The notes beneath the pieces are model-generated. The model was not told where the DNA came from. It saw nothing but the letters and a program-made list of their open reading frames with translations, and ran no database searches. The position numbers and the translations under genes were made by a program. A stretch of 64,000 bases of DNA from Ptychomitrium polyphyllum (Eukaryota), in the NCBI GenBank assembly GCA_973851085.1, contig OZ316775.1, positions 22,630,001 to 22,694,000 on the forward strand, given 5' to 3'. Positions 36,351-49,341 of the stretch are shown in pieces; the stretch's first letter is position 1, and every line of letters begins with the position of its first letter.

Positions 36351-38106
36351 AATGCTTTAGCTCCAATAAATGATGGCTAAGATGTTTCATACCTTGACAT
36401 CTTTTCCTTAAAACCACAGTCCGTGAGCGCCAATTAACGTTTGCATTATGTTATTCAAATTAAGGAAGGCCTAAGACAATAGGATTTGTTCGGCATTGAA
36501 TGATGTTGATGACAATCTTAAATGCTCGGTCTCCTAAAACAACCTCTAAAGACTGAGTTTCTTCAATAACATTGCAAGATGCAAGAAACTGTCCATCAAT
36601 AACTTCAACAAGTGCGGGATGTTTTTTGTTCACAAGCACCATGTGGTATTTGATTGCAAAATCATTATCCATAAAGCATGCCGTTGCATCGGTGTCTAAA
36701 AGAGCTTCACTAAGTATTTCATCATCTAACAATTTGATTTTGATAAGAAATGTAAAACAAGAGATAGAAGTTGGAGGTAATAAGAGACCTTGATTTGATG
36801 GTCGTTTGCTTGTGGTGTCTACTCACATGGTCCCTACTGTGATTGGACAGCCTTGTTTTCTAATTCTACCATTGTATTTTGAGCCTTAAAAGTAGATCCT
36901 TTGATTTTGGCAATTGTGCATTTTATACCTAAACTTGCCAGAATATAAACATAGGTTTCTTCTTTGATGCCTTTCTCTTTCTTTTGGAATCAAACATCTA
37001 AATTAGGCAGCATCAATTTGCATAGGTTCTGGTCTTTGTGGAAATTTTTTCAATACTTTTGAAGAAGTAGTTGCCATACCTTGATGTACCGATTGCCATC
37101 CTAGGCGTTGTTCTTGGCGCCTTTTAAATAGTCTATTGTCACATGCTATTGCTTGAATAATGAATTAATCCAATGTTTCAACCTTTGGTATTGTGAGTAG
37201 CAAGTTCCTCACATTTTTTCGAAGTTCCATCAAAATTGTGTGACCAAGACCTTATCATTCTATCAAGGTTGCAAGCTAGTTGTTGAAACTCCGTAGTATA
37301 TGTAGCAGCCAAGCATTGTACTTGTTGTAGGCTCTACATCCTTGTTTCAGCCACCTCTTCTTGGTCGGTGTCTTTAAAAGTAGATATCAATTCTTCCATG
37401 AAAGCATCTAAATTATTCAATAATGGTGACTATTTTTCCATTAATGGTGCAAACTACAATAACACATTGTTTGATAAAAGAATGGCTACAAATTCCACTT
37501 GAATAGTGGCATTATGATAGCAAGATTGATGCAAACTAAGAAAGAGCCTTATTTGTTGAACAAAGCCTTTCAACTTTGATCTTGATCCATCAAACTTGTC
37601 TAGCATGCTAATCTTTGACTCTGCATGGTTTTTACGTAAGCCTTTTCTTATGATATTAGTCTCTTGCAATCGAATAACTTCTTGATATAGACTTTAAATC
37701 TTGCCATTGGATTCTTCAACTTGCCGAGTGTGCTACTCTAAATTATCGGTGGTATTAAAGAGAGCAAGTTCCATTTGAACTGTGTTTAATAACTCTTGAA
37801 GGTCTGCAATAGTTGCAAACCTATTCTTTGATGTTTCAAATACATTATCCATTACTTAAGACTGTTAAAGATAAGAAGATTATGAATACCTTCAAACGAA
37901 GATAATTTACAGTTTTTGAAAGATTGATTCTTGTTCAAAAGAAATAGTACTTATTTTAGAAGGAAAAACCAACACTATATTATCAGCTTTGACAAGAGTA
38001 GTCTGCAATCTCTAAGATACTATGGAATCCTAAAGAAGATGGGTAATTCACTATCTTCTTCAAAGAACCTTAGCTTTGACAAAAATGAAGAGTAGTCTTG
38101 CCAAGC

Positions 38107-38616
38107 TGTTAAGGACACAAGAAATAAGAAATAAAAACAAAGTGTTTCCCAAGAATTAGCTTCCAAAGAGCTAATGATTAACAAGAACTTGATACATAGA
38201 CTAGAACAAGGCAGGATACAAGATGATCCATAATTTATGTAGGCAAGACAAAGAAATACCTTGTCTTGCCTCCTATTTATACTATGACGCTTGTATTTCC
38301 TATGATAATTCTAAAGAAGCTTCTTAGAGGGCTTAAGAATGTTCTAGAAGTCTATGGAACCTTTGTAAGAAGTTTCTTAAGATGTTGGAACCTTCCTAAA
38401 ATGCTTCCAAGGAGTTGGAACCTTCTCTGGAAGTTTTTTAAGGTGGTGGAATCCTTTGTAGGAAGTTTTTGAAAGAGTGAGATCCTCCTTAGGAAGTTAT
38501 AGAAGGAAGTGGAAATAGCTATGGATATATTGAAAGTATTTTTAGAGGCTAGTATAACAAACCAAAACGTTCTAGAAGCTGCTAAAAATTATGTTGCATG
38601 ATCTATATCCGCAATA
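38107..38616 (-). repeat. 5' LTR, family A (510 bp)
   Basis: Reverse-complement homolog of 1633-2141, contiguous with the leader and gag on the minus strand. Confidence 0.9.
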
Positions 38617-40479
38617 GAATTGGAGCTTTTCCTAATATTCTCAAAATTTGTTTTTTCTGAGATATCATAAGTTTTGGAAAAAATTTGTGGTTATTGAGGC
38701 TTATTTTACCAAATGCATTAATAAATTCTATCACTTTCATTTGTTTTTCAATGAATTTTGGTACAATTTCCTATATTACTAGTTAACTAAAGTCTCTAAA
38801 CTAAGAGTATTTATATCAAAGAGAAGAAGGAGAAGATATTGATTGTTTCAGCATTCTTGCTATTGGAATGTTTGTGAGTAAGTAATTGATAAATATATTG
38901 GATGCACATTGCATTCTTAGTTGTTTTGGTCTAATGAAGTATGCATTCATACGGCCTAAGATTTGCTTGTTATTTAAACTCTTAGCCAACAATTTAAACA
39001 ACTAGCAAATTGAATTGGTTACAAATTTTAAGCCTACCAAAATTTCTTGGATAGCTAAATCCATAAATTCATTTTCATAGTATTCACAATTTTGGATACC
39101 CACAGGAATGAGAAAAGTGTACTTACAAAGACGCATAGTAATGGAACAGGCATGATTAGGCTCAATCCAAAATGTTTAGTATTTTCACAACGGTACGCTC
39201 CACTACCATAATTGCAACTATGCCAAAAAAAATTAATTGCAACTATGCCAAAAAAAATTTATTACAAAATCCACATTCGTTTGTGGTTACAGGTGTTTCT
39301 TCTACTCTAAAATTAATAAAAATCAAGAAATAAGTTATGTTCACCTTCTGCTCACACGGTGGCATTTCCCAGGTATGTTTTTCATGTTGTGCAGCTATCA
39401 CAATGAACATTGCAGCAACAAACTTATGGAGGTGCTTTAGTAGGGATGCTATTGTAGTGGCCATAGTTTATGGTGAGATCTTCGTGAGCATCTACTAATG
39501 CATGAGAGCCCTTGAAATCTCATTTAAACTGATTGAGACGAATTTCACCTTCTCTCCACTGAGAAGCGAAGATTCAAGGGGATGAAAACTAGTCTTGTGG
39601 AGGTATTTTCCAGTAAGTTCTCCAATGCAGCAAGCAAAGTGGCACCCATCTGCTGAACCCAGATAAAAAGCCTAAGTTTCAAAATTCTTCCACTCTGCAC
39701 ATCATATCGTGCAGGAAAGACAATCTGTAGCAAAATTCTACATTTAGTTGGTACTGCATGGAGCTTGAGAATCAAGAGTCATCTGATCATGCACAGCACA
39801 TGAACAACGACACATTAACAACAAAGACGTAAAGTCGTCCCCACTTACGCTTTCAAGTTAAATTTGACGAACAATGCCTTTCTGGATCTCAAAACTACCG
39901 AAAGGCCAATAACGTCGACGATACATTCACAGCTGCAACAATGAACAACAAGCGTGGGGCCAACACTAGTATACACTCAGTACGGAACTAATTTGTTGAT
40001 CTCATTGATTTGCAGCTCTTAGTCACAAATGAATTGGTATCCATAGACAGAGGCTAAAAGTCGAGCTTTTATATACTATGCACACAGGGTGCTACATTAT
40101 CTACCACCTGCAGGAAAATTTCAATCTAGAAGTGAACACACACAAGGAGCCTCAACAGTATTACAACGTAGATGAAGTTGTTCAGTTAACGTAGACAATG
40201 CGCAATATCACCTGGGTATCAAGAGAATACTGAGCGAATATCATAGTAGTGTCTCGTGTGAACAGTGTAGATATCATTTAGAAAGTGCACACTACAAACT
40301 CCTGTGGACTCTGCGTCAACAGAACTACTACACCAGTACTGAATATGATGATTGAAATTACTCTGAACCTACACTAACGACGTCGATGAACTCAGAAAGC
40401 AAAAGAATATTTCGATTTCACAGTCGGTGCATTCATTTAATCTCTAGAGGAGCGAAGCATAATCGGAGCTTGCGATTGA

Positions 40480-42322
40480 TCAGATTTGAGATCTCGGGGT
40501 GATGGTGGCGTGCAAGCGCGTCTTCATCGTGACGACCATTCGAAACTTCTCTGTGAAGTCGACTGCTTTTCCAGGCGCCTCGGGGCCCCATTCAAACGCA
40601 TAGAGGAGATTGGCAAGCAGCAGGTGCAAGTGAAGCAGGCCCATGCTCGACCCGGGACACGATCTTCTTCCGGCACCGAACGGCATGTAACTACACCTCT
40701 TCTCGCCCATGTCGACATTCATGAACCGTTCGGGGCGAAACGCCATTGGGTCGGTCCAAGTCTCTTCGTTTAGTGCTAATGCGCCCGCGTGAAATATCAC
40801 CATCGTTCCCTTGGGAATATTGTAACCATGTAGCTTCGTTTCCTGCGTTGCGATCTTTGGGATCGCCAGCACAGCCATCATGTGCCGCCGCATCGACTCC
40901 TTCACAATTGCTTGCAGATAAGGTAGCTTCGGTAGTTCACTCTCTTGCACGAGAGAGCGCTCTAGGTTCGGTCCCATTGAGACCCTCACCTGATTAATGG
41001 AATCCGCTTCGTAAATAATTATCATTTGATACAATTGGGGAACCATTTACACGAAATTTGAAGTTAGAAACTTTGAAAACACTGGACATGATCGAGACAC
41101 GCAAACACTATGCACGATTTCTCATCATCATGGCATTTCCGGAGCTCACCTCGTTGAAAGCCTTTGCTTGAATCTCCGGGTGGGTAATCATCTCCGCGAG
41201 AATCCACTCTAAAATGTGAGAAGTGTTGTCAGTGCCGCCGACCATTAACTCTGCCACGTTCCAGACGATTTCCATGTCGGTCAGCTTGTTGTCACCTTCG
41301 AGATTAATGAGCGCGTCGACAAAAGTGTTGGCTTCTGCGACAGGTCGTTCCTTCAACTGCTTCTTGCGTTCGAGAATTATGGGCATGATCAAGTCTGTGA
41401 TCTCCGCTGAGATTTTTCGTATGTTATTGTAGCATTTCCGGGAGGCAGGGAAGAGAATTGTTCGGATGAACGCCGACGAATCCAGCGCGATCTGAAATAT
41501 GCTTCCAGCGTCCATTATTTCACGAAAATTTCGATCCAGCTCTTTCACCTTGTCATTTTGCCCGTCGCCCTCCATCTTCGCGAAGTCGTCGCCAAATCCG
41601 ATGCGCATGATGATGTCGACAGCGGATTCGCGAAGCTCCAATAGTGGGTTCACGATGCCGTTGTTCTGGGAGGCAAGGGATTTGAAGCGTTCAAGGAGGC
41701 GGTGGATCTCCGTGTCGCGGACTGGCTTGTAACTCGCGAGCTTGGCCGGGGAGAGGAGGTCGTGCGAGATGATCTTGCGGAGCTTTTGCCAATGCGGGCC
41801 CATAGGAGACGTCATAGTGGTCTTGTACCCCGAGCTGATATACTGCCATGAGATCAACATCGGGCGCGCCGCGAAAACAGTCCCCTGCTTAATGAGCGCT
41901 TCCTGTGTCGCCTCCTCGCCCGTCACCACCACAAGCGGAAACGAACGGCCTAGCCAGAGCGTGTAGATTGGACCCATCTTCTTCCCCAGCAACCGCAACG
42001 TCGTGTGCAGCGCCGCCCCATTTATCAAGAGGGATGGCAAGTTGCCTAGAAGCGACCACCGTGGTGGACTGGGGGGAAAGGCTGGCTTGATATTGCTTTC
42101 TCGTCCCGGTATCGATTTAAAATATTTCTGTAGGATTGTTAGGAACACAAACACTACCGCGGACAGCACTACCAGGGCGTCGCTGGCGAGCTTGGAGTCC
42201 AGATCCGCCATCCTTAGACAGCGCAGTACATGCTGGAAACTCCACCCCACCTTCATGATCGAGGTCTGGTTGCCCCCACCTACCATCGACAACGAACTCG
42301 ACATCTCCATCTCCATCTCCAT
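40480..42322 (-). CDS. Cytochrome P450, clan 71 (CYP77/CYP89-like); exons 42322-41150, 40989-40480
   Basis: Membrane anchor, FPPSPP hinge, I-helix ELMVGGTDNT, ExxR (ESMR), FRPERF and heme motif PFGAGRRSCPG. One phase-0 GT-AG intron. The start codon is uncertain (several Met). Confidence 0.93.
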
Positions 42323-44363
42323 TATTTGTGAGAACTCACACCTCAATAGCCACCTACTTCTCAGGAGCTCTACTCAACCTATAATATATGACGTTTTTGC
42401 ATGGGTGACAGTAACGGGAAGTCCATGAATCACCACTTGTGTAGATTTGAGTTTTATCCGAGACATGTCTTTAGAATCGTACTAGTAACATCCAACCGGA
42501 GATCCAGAAATCAGCAACGGTATTACCACATCGACTGGGTCTCATCGTCTGCTACCATGTTGTTAATGCCAGAACCTACCTGAATGTGCACACATCAGTT
42601 ACAGTAACAATTCTGATGAATCATCTAGAATTTATTGACGTCACGCATTAGAACTTCGAATACTACGATCTCCTCGAAGCCATGAGTTGGCAGAAGGATC
42701 TCCTGAAGGCATGAATTAGCAGATAGAGACTGTCTCTAGCTGGTGGAACTGGATTAAGTGACGGTCTGTAGGTAGTAGTCTGCATCGATCAATTAGCATA
42801 ACAGTTGCACAGGCTGGGAATTTGTGTGATTCACACCAGGTGCCAGGCTCCAATTGAAATAAAATAACACTGGAATAAACTGAAGCTTGGACTAATATGT
42901 CAATGTGGTACCAGCTTCAACGGGATGGAAGCAGCATATAAAGGAGGATGTGCGGTTAAAGCACCTCTTGGGAGGCGTACTATAGGCCACTATCTCAATT
43001 GGTTGGCAAAATGCGTGGTCATCTAAGCGGCATCTAACGGGCGACAAAAGTAAGACTGTAGAGGCACGTTTGGCTATGTGGATGCTCCTTGAGGAGAGGT
43101 GCCATCACAATCATGTGAGTCACCTAGGTGACTATTTTGCAATTACTTGGAATTTATTCATGGTGCATGCAAGGGAAAGCTTAGTTTGCTTTGTGGCTGT
43201 TTCGTTGCAGACTTGTGACGTGCCGGTTTCTGCCTTATGGACACGAAGCATCGCATGTGTGCAGCTGGGTGATGCGCTCTTTTCCTGAGTTAGTGCACAT
43301 ACTTTCAGAAGTTTAATAGGAGGGTGGTTATTCATGTCGTTTTGGTGAAAGAGGCAAGCTTGGAGCCTTGGACCACAGGTGCCGTGACCCAGGTGCCTTG
43401 ACCCAGCTTAAATGAGGATGTGGATATCAGTCAACCTTCAAGCCCGGGAAATGAATCTAGTTGAGCCGCCCTTTCCATTCCACGTAGTTCAGAAAATCAG
43501 GCTGTTGTTAAACTTACCACTTAAGAATCCTCATTTGCGTGCGTGAACTTCGGCTCTGAATGATTTCTGGTTGAATCCAAGTTGATTAAATTTATCGTTG
43601 CATGTCCTCCACTGTCCCTTTTTTTATAAATTACGACAGATTCCCTAAACTTGTGAACCAATATCTTGGTGTGCACCATGAAACCATCAGTTAGAATCTA
43701 GCGCCTTCCGGCTGTTAGCGAATGAGTGGCTTGGCTGTTTTATGGCAGGACTAGTCAAGCATTAGGCAGCAAAACTTCAGAAATAACTAATTGGCACCAT
43801 AAATTAGGAGAAAACTCGCAAGACTCCGGATTCCCTGTCCTAAGGGTCATGCTTTTATTATGCGATGAGAGACTACTGAACCTACTTTGCTCACATCCTA
43901 GAGCTGCTATTGGTAATTAAGTCTTCAGACATAAATATTTGAACCCAAGTATTTGTCAGTGTATATCGTTGAGGACTCAACGGGAGGGCTCAAACTACGT
44001 ACCTTCCAGTGTTATAGCTAACACAACGGCAATGTTGTGGACGAGCCCACACATATATCGACACACATGATTCAATGTATGTACGAAAATAATAATGGTT
44101 GAACTGTGGCACCATGTGCTGATTTGGTGCAACTTGATTCTGTCGATAAAGAGATAATTGAATGTTATATCGTAATATCGTGAGGCGACCTAGGTTGTCC
44201 TGGATAACCTAGAGATCGAACATCGAATCCTCGTCATAAGCAGAAAATATAAAATGGACACACAACATTATCATTCTGTTTCCAACAACCTGGGTAAATT
44301 TCATTGAGTCAATATTTGACAACTACAATACTGGACACATAAGAATTCTCCTCAAGTAGATAC

Positions 44364-47105
44364 TTGGCAGAGCGAAGTCAACTGGAGTTCGTCAGGGTGC
44401 AAACAAATTTTGTCAATATTGCATCACGGATTTTGGATCCAGTACACTTATCAAAGTACTTAGAGGATCCCGTAACTACCGGAGTACAGGAATTCAGTTG
44501 TTCAACAACAGCAGTACCTGGACAGAAGTGGAGCCGTATAGATACATGATCGGAGGTTGGAGAGGCCGCACGCGCACACTCCGAGTATCTCAATCTTTCA
44601 ACCCTACACATTGATAGATATCCCACCGTTATATGTGAAATCGGACAGTAGAAACACAGCGGTTGAAAAATTTGCAGCCAGCTCGATTCTCTTACCTTCA
44701 AAAAAGCAAAAAGAAGAAACTGAAGATCATGACGCAATCCCTGATGAAGGTAGCACTAATGATTTCGGTGCACTATATCTGCAAGAGTTTCGGAGGGTCA
44801 ATCCTGAATATAATTCACGTCAATGGTCGTTAAATTTCTCGTTAACTGTGGAGGAAATTAAATCATCCATCAATACTAGTGTTGGCCATCCATCACTTAT
44901 TTTGATATTCCAAATTGACTGGAACGGAAAGTCAAAATATCTGATATTATTACAAATTTCTTTATGGCATCTATACGTGCCCTGTGCTCCTTAAACACTG
45001 CAGCTCTCAGCATTATATTAGAATTCCTTGTCACTCCATTGATCCATGATTCCTACTCTGTTCTATGGAGGTTGATTCGTCTCGAGCAAAATTTTCCGGG
45101 GGTCGGCAGAGTTTGGACCACTTGCGTCGCCCTAGTCTAGCTAATGCTTCCGTCTGTCATGTGAAAGGTCTTAGGCCGAATAGCAAATTAAAAGAGCATC
45201 AAGAGGACGGATCTGCTTTCTCAAACGGTGTCCGCTGCGAATTCGTGCTTTGTACCTCGTGTGTCGTCAAGTGTGTCAAAAATTCCTTGAGTTTGCTAAA
45301 TTTGTCGGAAGCATCTCTCACAGTTGGAAAATCCAAATATGAAGAGCAAATTATGCAATTGCCCACCTGTATGGCTACTTTTGTATCCACCATCTCTAAA
45401 ACCATCGCGGGCAGTACCAAATGGAATTCCCTTGATTAATTCTTGTACTGCGTGCACCAATCAAAATATTGACCCAGTTGCCCATCTCAAGAAAAACATC
45501 TTCTTGTGTCCTACGCACATAGTAATTCAGTGTGGCATGAACATCAAAAAGTGTTCAAAGCTCATCCATTCTGGCCTCACATAATTTACACCTTGAGTCA
45601 CAGAATTGCTCCGTGAACTTATTTTACAGTTCGAGTAATTGTTTCGAAAAATGTGGAGACGTAACCCAATAGGCTTGGTCAGGATACAGTGTCTGTAGGA
45701 ACAGTAAAGGATGATCGGCAGCTGCCTAGATGCTAATGCAGGTGAAGGATTTCTCGATTTCATGGGCAAGGATGTCTTATATAGAAAAACAGTCTTCCAA
45801 ATTGGACAAGGAATATGAGTCGTACACCACGATTCACAAGCTCTTTTGAAGATGCTCAAAATTCATATGCATCCTGGAATTAAAGCATTAGCAAGTTTCC
45901 TATCTCCTTAGTGGAAGATACATATTGCCAGAAAACAAGGCTAACGTACCATTTTCAATTGCGTCACATGCTAAAAGGAAAAAACAGGAATGCCACGCCA
46001 AGAACGTACCCACTGCAGGAGCCGTATCTGATAGCTCGGTCGAACTAAGGCTGAAAACACAACGCCCCAGAGGTGAGGTCATCCTACTTGCACTGCACCT
46101 GGTTTGCATCAGTCATTTTTATTCAAAGAGATGAAATCAGTAGTCACCATAAAATTCTCAGAATCTGCACATTTGTGTTTCACGTTCCGAGATACTAGAT
46201 TTGTTTATACTAAATAAATTGAATAAGAGCAGGTGTAAGATGTTTTGACTGCACACTGCAGTCGAATGTGGAATGCGGTTTGAATCTTGTAATCCTGCTC
46301 TGACATTCAACTCTAAATGCACTCGATAGATTTGATTGCTTATGTTGTCGTGCAATAAAGGCGGGGTTTCCTCGGTCCCTAAGTTATCTCAAATTCATAG
46401 TTTGATCGACGTTCATTGATTATATTTCGTAATGTGAAGTGTCACGTCATCACCACTAGGATTTTTGATGAAAGCAAAACCGATGATACAATTTAACATG
46501 TGATTCATAATTCATGAGGCCTCTAGACAAATGAGGTCGTCGGAACCATATTAAGAACTCACACCGAGCAGTCCTTTGACACTATTTGCAACTCAAGTTG
46601 CAAATCCGAAACTTACCACATCAATGTTAAGGCAAACAATGAGATGCTGTGAGTTGAGATGCTCATCTCATCACAGCTTCTCACAGCATCTTCACAGCAC
46701 AAGATGAGATGAGATGAGCATCTCAACTCACAATATCTCATCGATGATATGTTTCTGATCCAATCTGGAAAGTGATCGAACGTAAAGATCTTGTAAGTAA
46801 AAGTGATCACAATATCAATCTACAAATACTTGTTAAATCGACAAGATCAAGTGTCAAGTTGCGATGCTAAGAAGAGACGCACGCCAGATAGGCATCTCGA
46901 ACGGGCGTGTTCTTGTGCTTTCATCCACCTTGAAAATCTAGTAGAGTCAAATAGTATTGGTCTTCTGACCATTATTCGTAAAATTGAGCTTTATAGGAGT
47001 AGTCTGCCGTTTGTAGCCAGCTGGGTCCAGAAATTTGTGCTAAATCAAGTTGACATTGCCATCCAGAAAGCATTGGCTCTCGACAATCACCTCCAGTTGT
47101 TCTGA
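44364..47105 (+). other. Possible lineage-specific multi-exon gene or pseudogene of unknown product
   Basis: Several hydrophilic, exon-like open segments (44557-44880, 45065-45230, 45925-46072 ending at AG|GTGAGG, 46996-47105). No recognisable domain and no complete spliced frame could be built. Confidence 0.25.
46639..46741. repeat. Long inverted repeat (34-bp arms, 2 mismatches, ~35-nt loop)
   Basis: ATGAGATGCTGTGAGTTGAGATGCTCATCTCATC (46639-46672) pairs with GATGAGATGAGCATCTCAACTCACAATATCTCAT (46708-46741). Confidence 0.85.
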
Positions 47106-49341
47106 ACATGTGAACGAGTCAAAATCACCAGGAAGCTACCCTACATGATAAGGTGGAAAAGTCAAGACCCCAAAATCCATAATTCTGTCTCAATTCTATT
47201 AATTTTCTGCATGAAGTTACCCCCTGACCAGATGATCGGGTCCCTACAAACTGAGAGGAAATTAAAAGCGACTAGAGTAGCTACAGCAGCCTAATACCTT
47301 TTGACGACAAGGATACCTACCTATGAGCCACCAGGGGACAGTAACTGAATGTAACTTTGGTTTGTGGATTATTCAGCCTAAATAATGGCCCACAGCTTTT
47401 GTGAAATCGTAAATTGAGCATTACCTGCCTCAACACTAACGGGTCTCACAGAAGTAGATATCTTCACAGATGATGGCCAGTAACTAACGTGATAAACGAT
47501 CATGAACTCAATTAGGCCCAAACTCTGCAGTCACATAGGATTCGGTAGATCAATTAAAACGATGCCACCTCAGAATTCTAAAGACTACAATGTAATATCA
47601 AAAAATTCACTACACCAAGAACGTTAAACAAGCCTCTGGTATAATATTGAATATTGTCTAGATGAGATCGCCATAGAAAAATTTACCTTGGAATGTTTCG
47701 ACCATGAAATTACCTTTAACAGGGGCACGAATCCTGCGCAGACTACATCTGGATCTTTCGAATACCAAGGCATATATAGTTCAAACAACAGGCTTGAAAT
47801 GCAGAATCCAAATGTCTTCGACACCCAAAATGCTGGACCACGCAGAACATGTATTTGGCTCATCATGTCAGAGCTAACGAGGACATGATGATAGATATGA
47901 TCAAATAGATTGTTAGAGCGTTGATTCACCTAAATGTCCTACAAGCTTATGACTATAAAGTACTCATACACTGCGCCAAGCGACATAGCAGCCTACCTTC
48001 CATAACAATTGGAGCTATGGTACTAGATCACTCGAACTATCCTCGCCAGTATGAACGAGGACGGAAGCAACTCACACTTGGCAGCAGGAAATCTTTAGCT
48101 TGCTGCAATACGTTTGATGATTTGATAAGTCCATGGGCCACAACGAACAAGCGTAATGCATGCGACGACCCGATGGTTATGAGAAACTATCGAGGAAGAC
48201 AAGGAGATCCTGTGGTCCTTGATTGGTTTAATCTTTCAAAGAAGACAAAGCACTCGACTCGAGTGAGTATCGACAGCACGGCAAAACCAGAAGTCCATAA
48301 ATTCCGGTACATTACCATACTTACTCGAACAGCACAGGTTGTCTGCTATTCATCAAGATCAGTAAGCCCGGGTCAAGAGGCTCCACAAAAGAAGCCACGA
48401 TAAAGAATTCTTCAATCTCACGTTCTCCAAGCCCAAGTATCTGTACAGATCCACAAGCATATAAGGTGGCGACGTGTAAAACTACTCATTAGAATGAAAA
48501 AAGGGCTTACTAAGTGAAATCTGCTGTGTAACTGAAACATTTCTAGGTAACAAGATAAGAGTTGTAACTAATAACCTCTGCTTTGACCGTGTTTGCTCCA
48601 GACCCACTACACTACCTCAACTTCAACCCATAGATAGATGGAACTATGCCAAGAGTAAAATCATCACGCCTAAGCCGTGAAAGAATCGATAGAGTTCCAC
48701 AGATTCACTATTGAACCCCCTCAGGAACATACCAGGGTACTGGAAAAGCTTACGTTCAGCCGCATAGCTGGAGTAGCAAGCTTCCACTGCTAGTATGATT
48801 TTGAATTCCAGAAGGCTACTGTATCACAATCCGCATGAAAAGTTTAAACATGTCTTTATAGTGAAGGTGAAAATGATCAAGCACCCGAAGAAAACATAGC
48901 TACAACTGGATCATTCTTATCAGTGTACAATCCAAACAAGCAGACATGTTGCCTACACGGTTACCACAATCGACTCAATATAAACAGGATTTGGAACAGG
49001 AATTTAATGCAATTGTAGGATACTCGCCTATGCAAACATGAACCACCAACATCGCATGTAGGCCATAAAACTGCAAAATTCTTCAGAACACGGTCTATAA
49101 CTTCCTCATCACCTTCACAGCTATTGGCTCCATTCAACGAAGGACTTTTTAGTGGAGTCAGTCATGAAAATAACTGGGCTTTTAGCTGAATAAGATAAAT
49201 AAGTAGGACAAGCGCGATCTGGAAAAGACCTATAGTTGGTAATATAAAGGAGATCACCGCCTATGTCCTCTCGTGGTAAGCCCTACCATCATTGCTACGG
49301 ACACAATCGAGTAGTTCATAACAATGATAGGAACAGCATAC

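Larger units (their letters stand above)
35170..38616 (-). mobile_element. 5' part of a decayed family A gypsy element: 5' LTR, non-tRNA PBS, gag, protease and RT N-terminal half
   Basis: LTR at 38107-38616, gag remnant (KISMLDKFDGSRSKLKGFVQQIRL; EPMQID), protease ALLDTDATACFMD and RT remnant [28 protein letters not shown] near 35200-35280. Confidence 0.9.

Noticed and set aside
35775..36355. Reading the nested insertion as a hAT element with 8-bp TSD ATAAATGC
   Set aside because: No convincing terminal inverted repeats. A 5-bp TSD with deaminated TG...CA ends fits better, though the alternative is not excluded.
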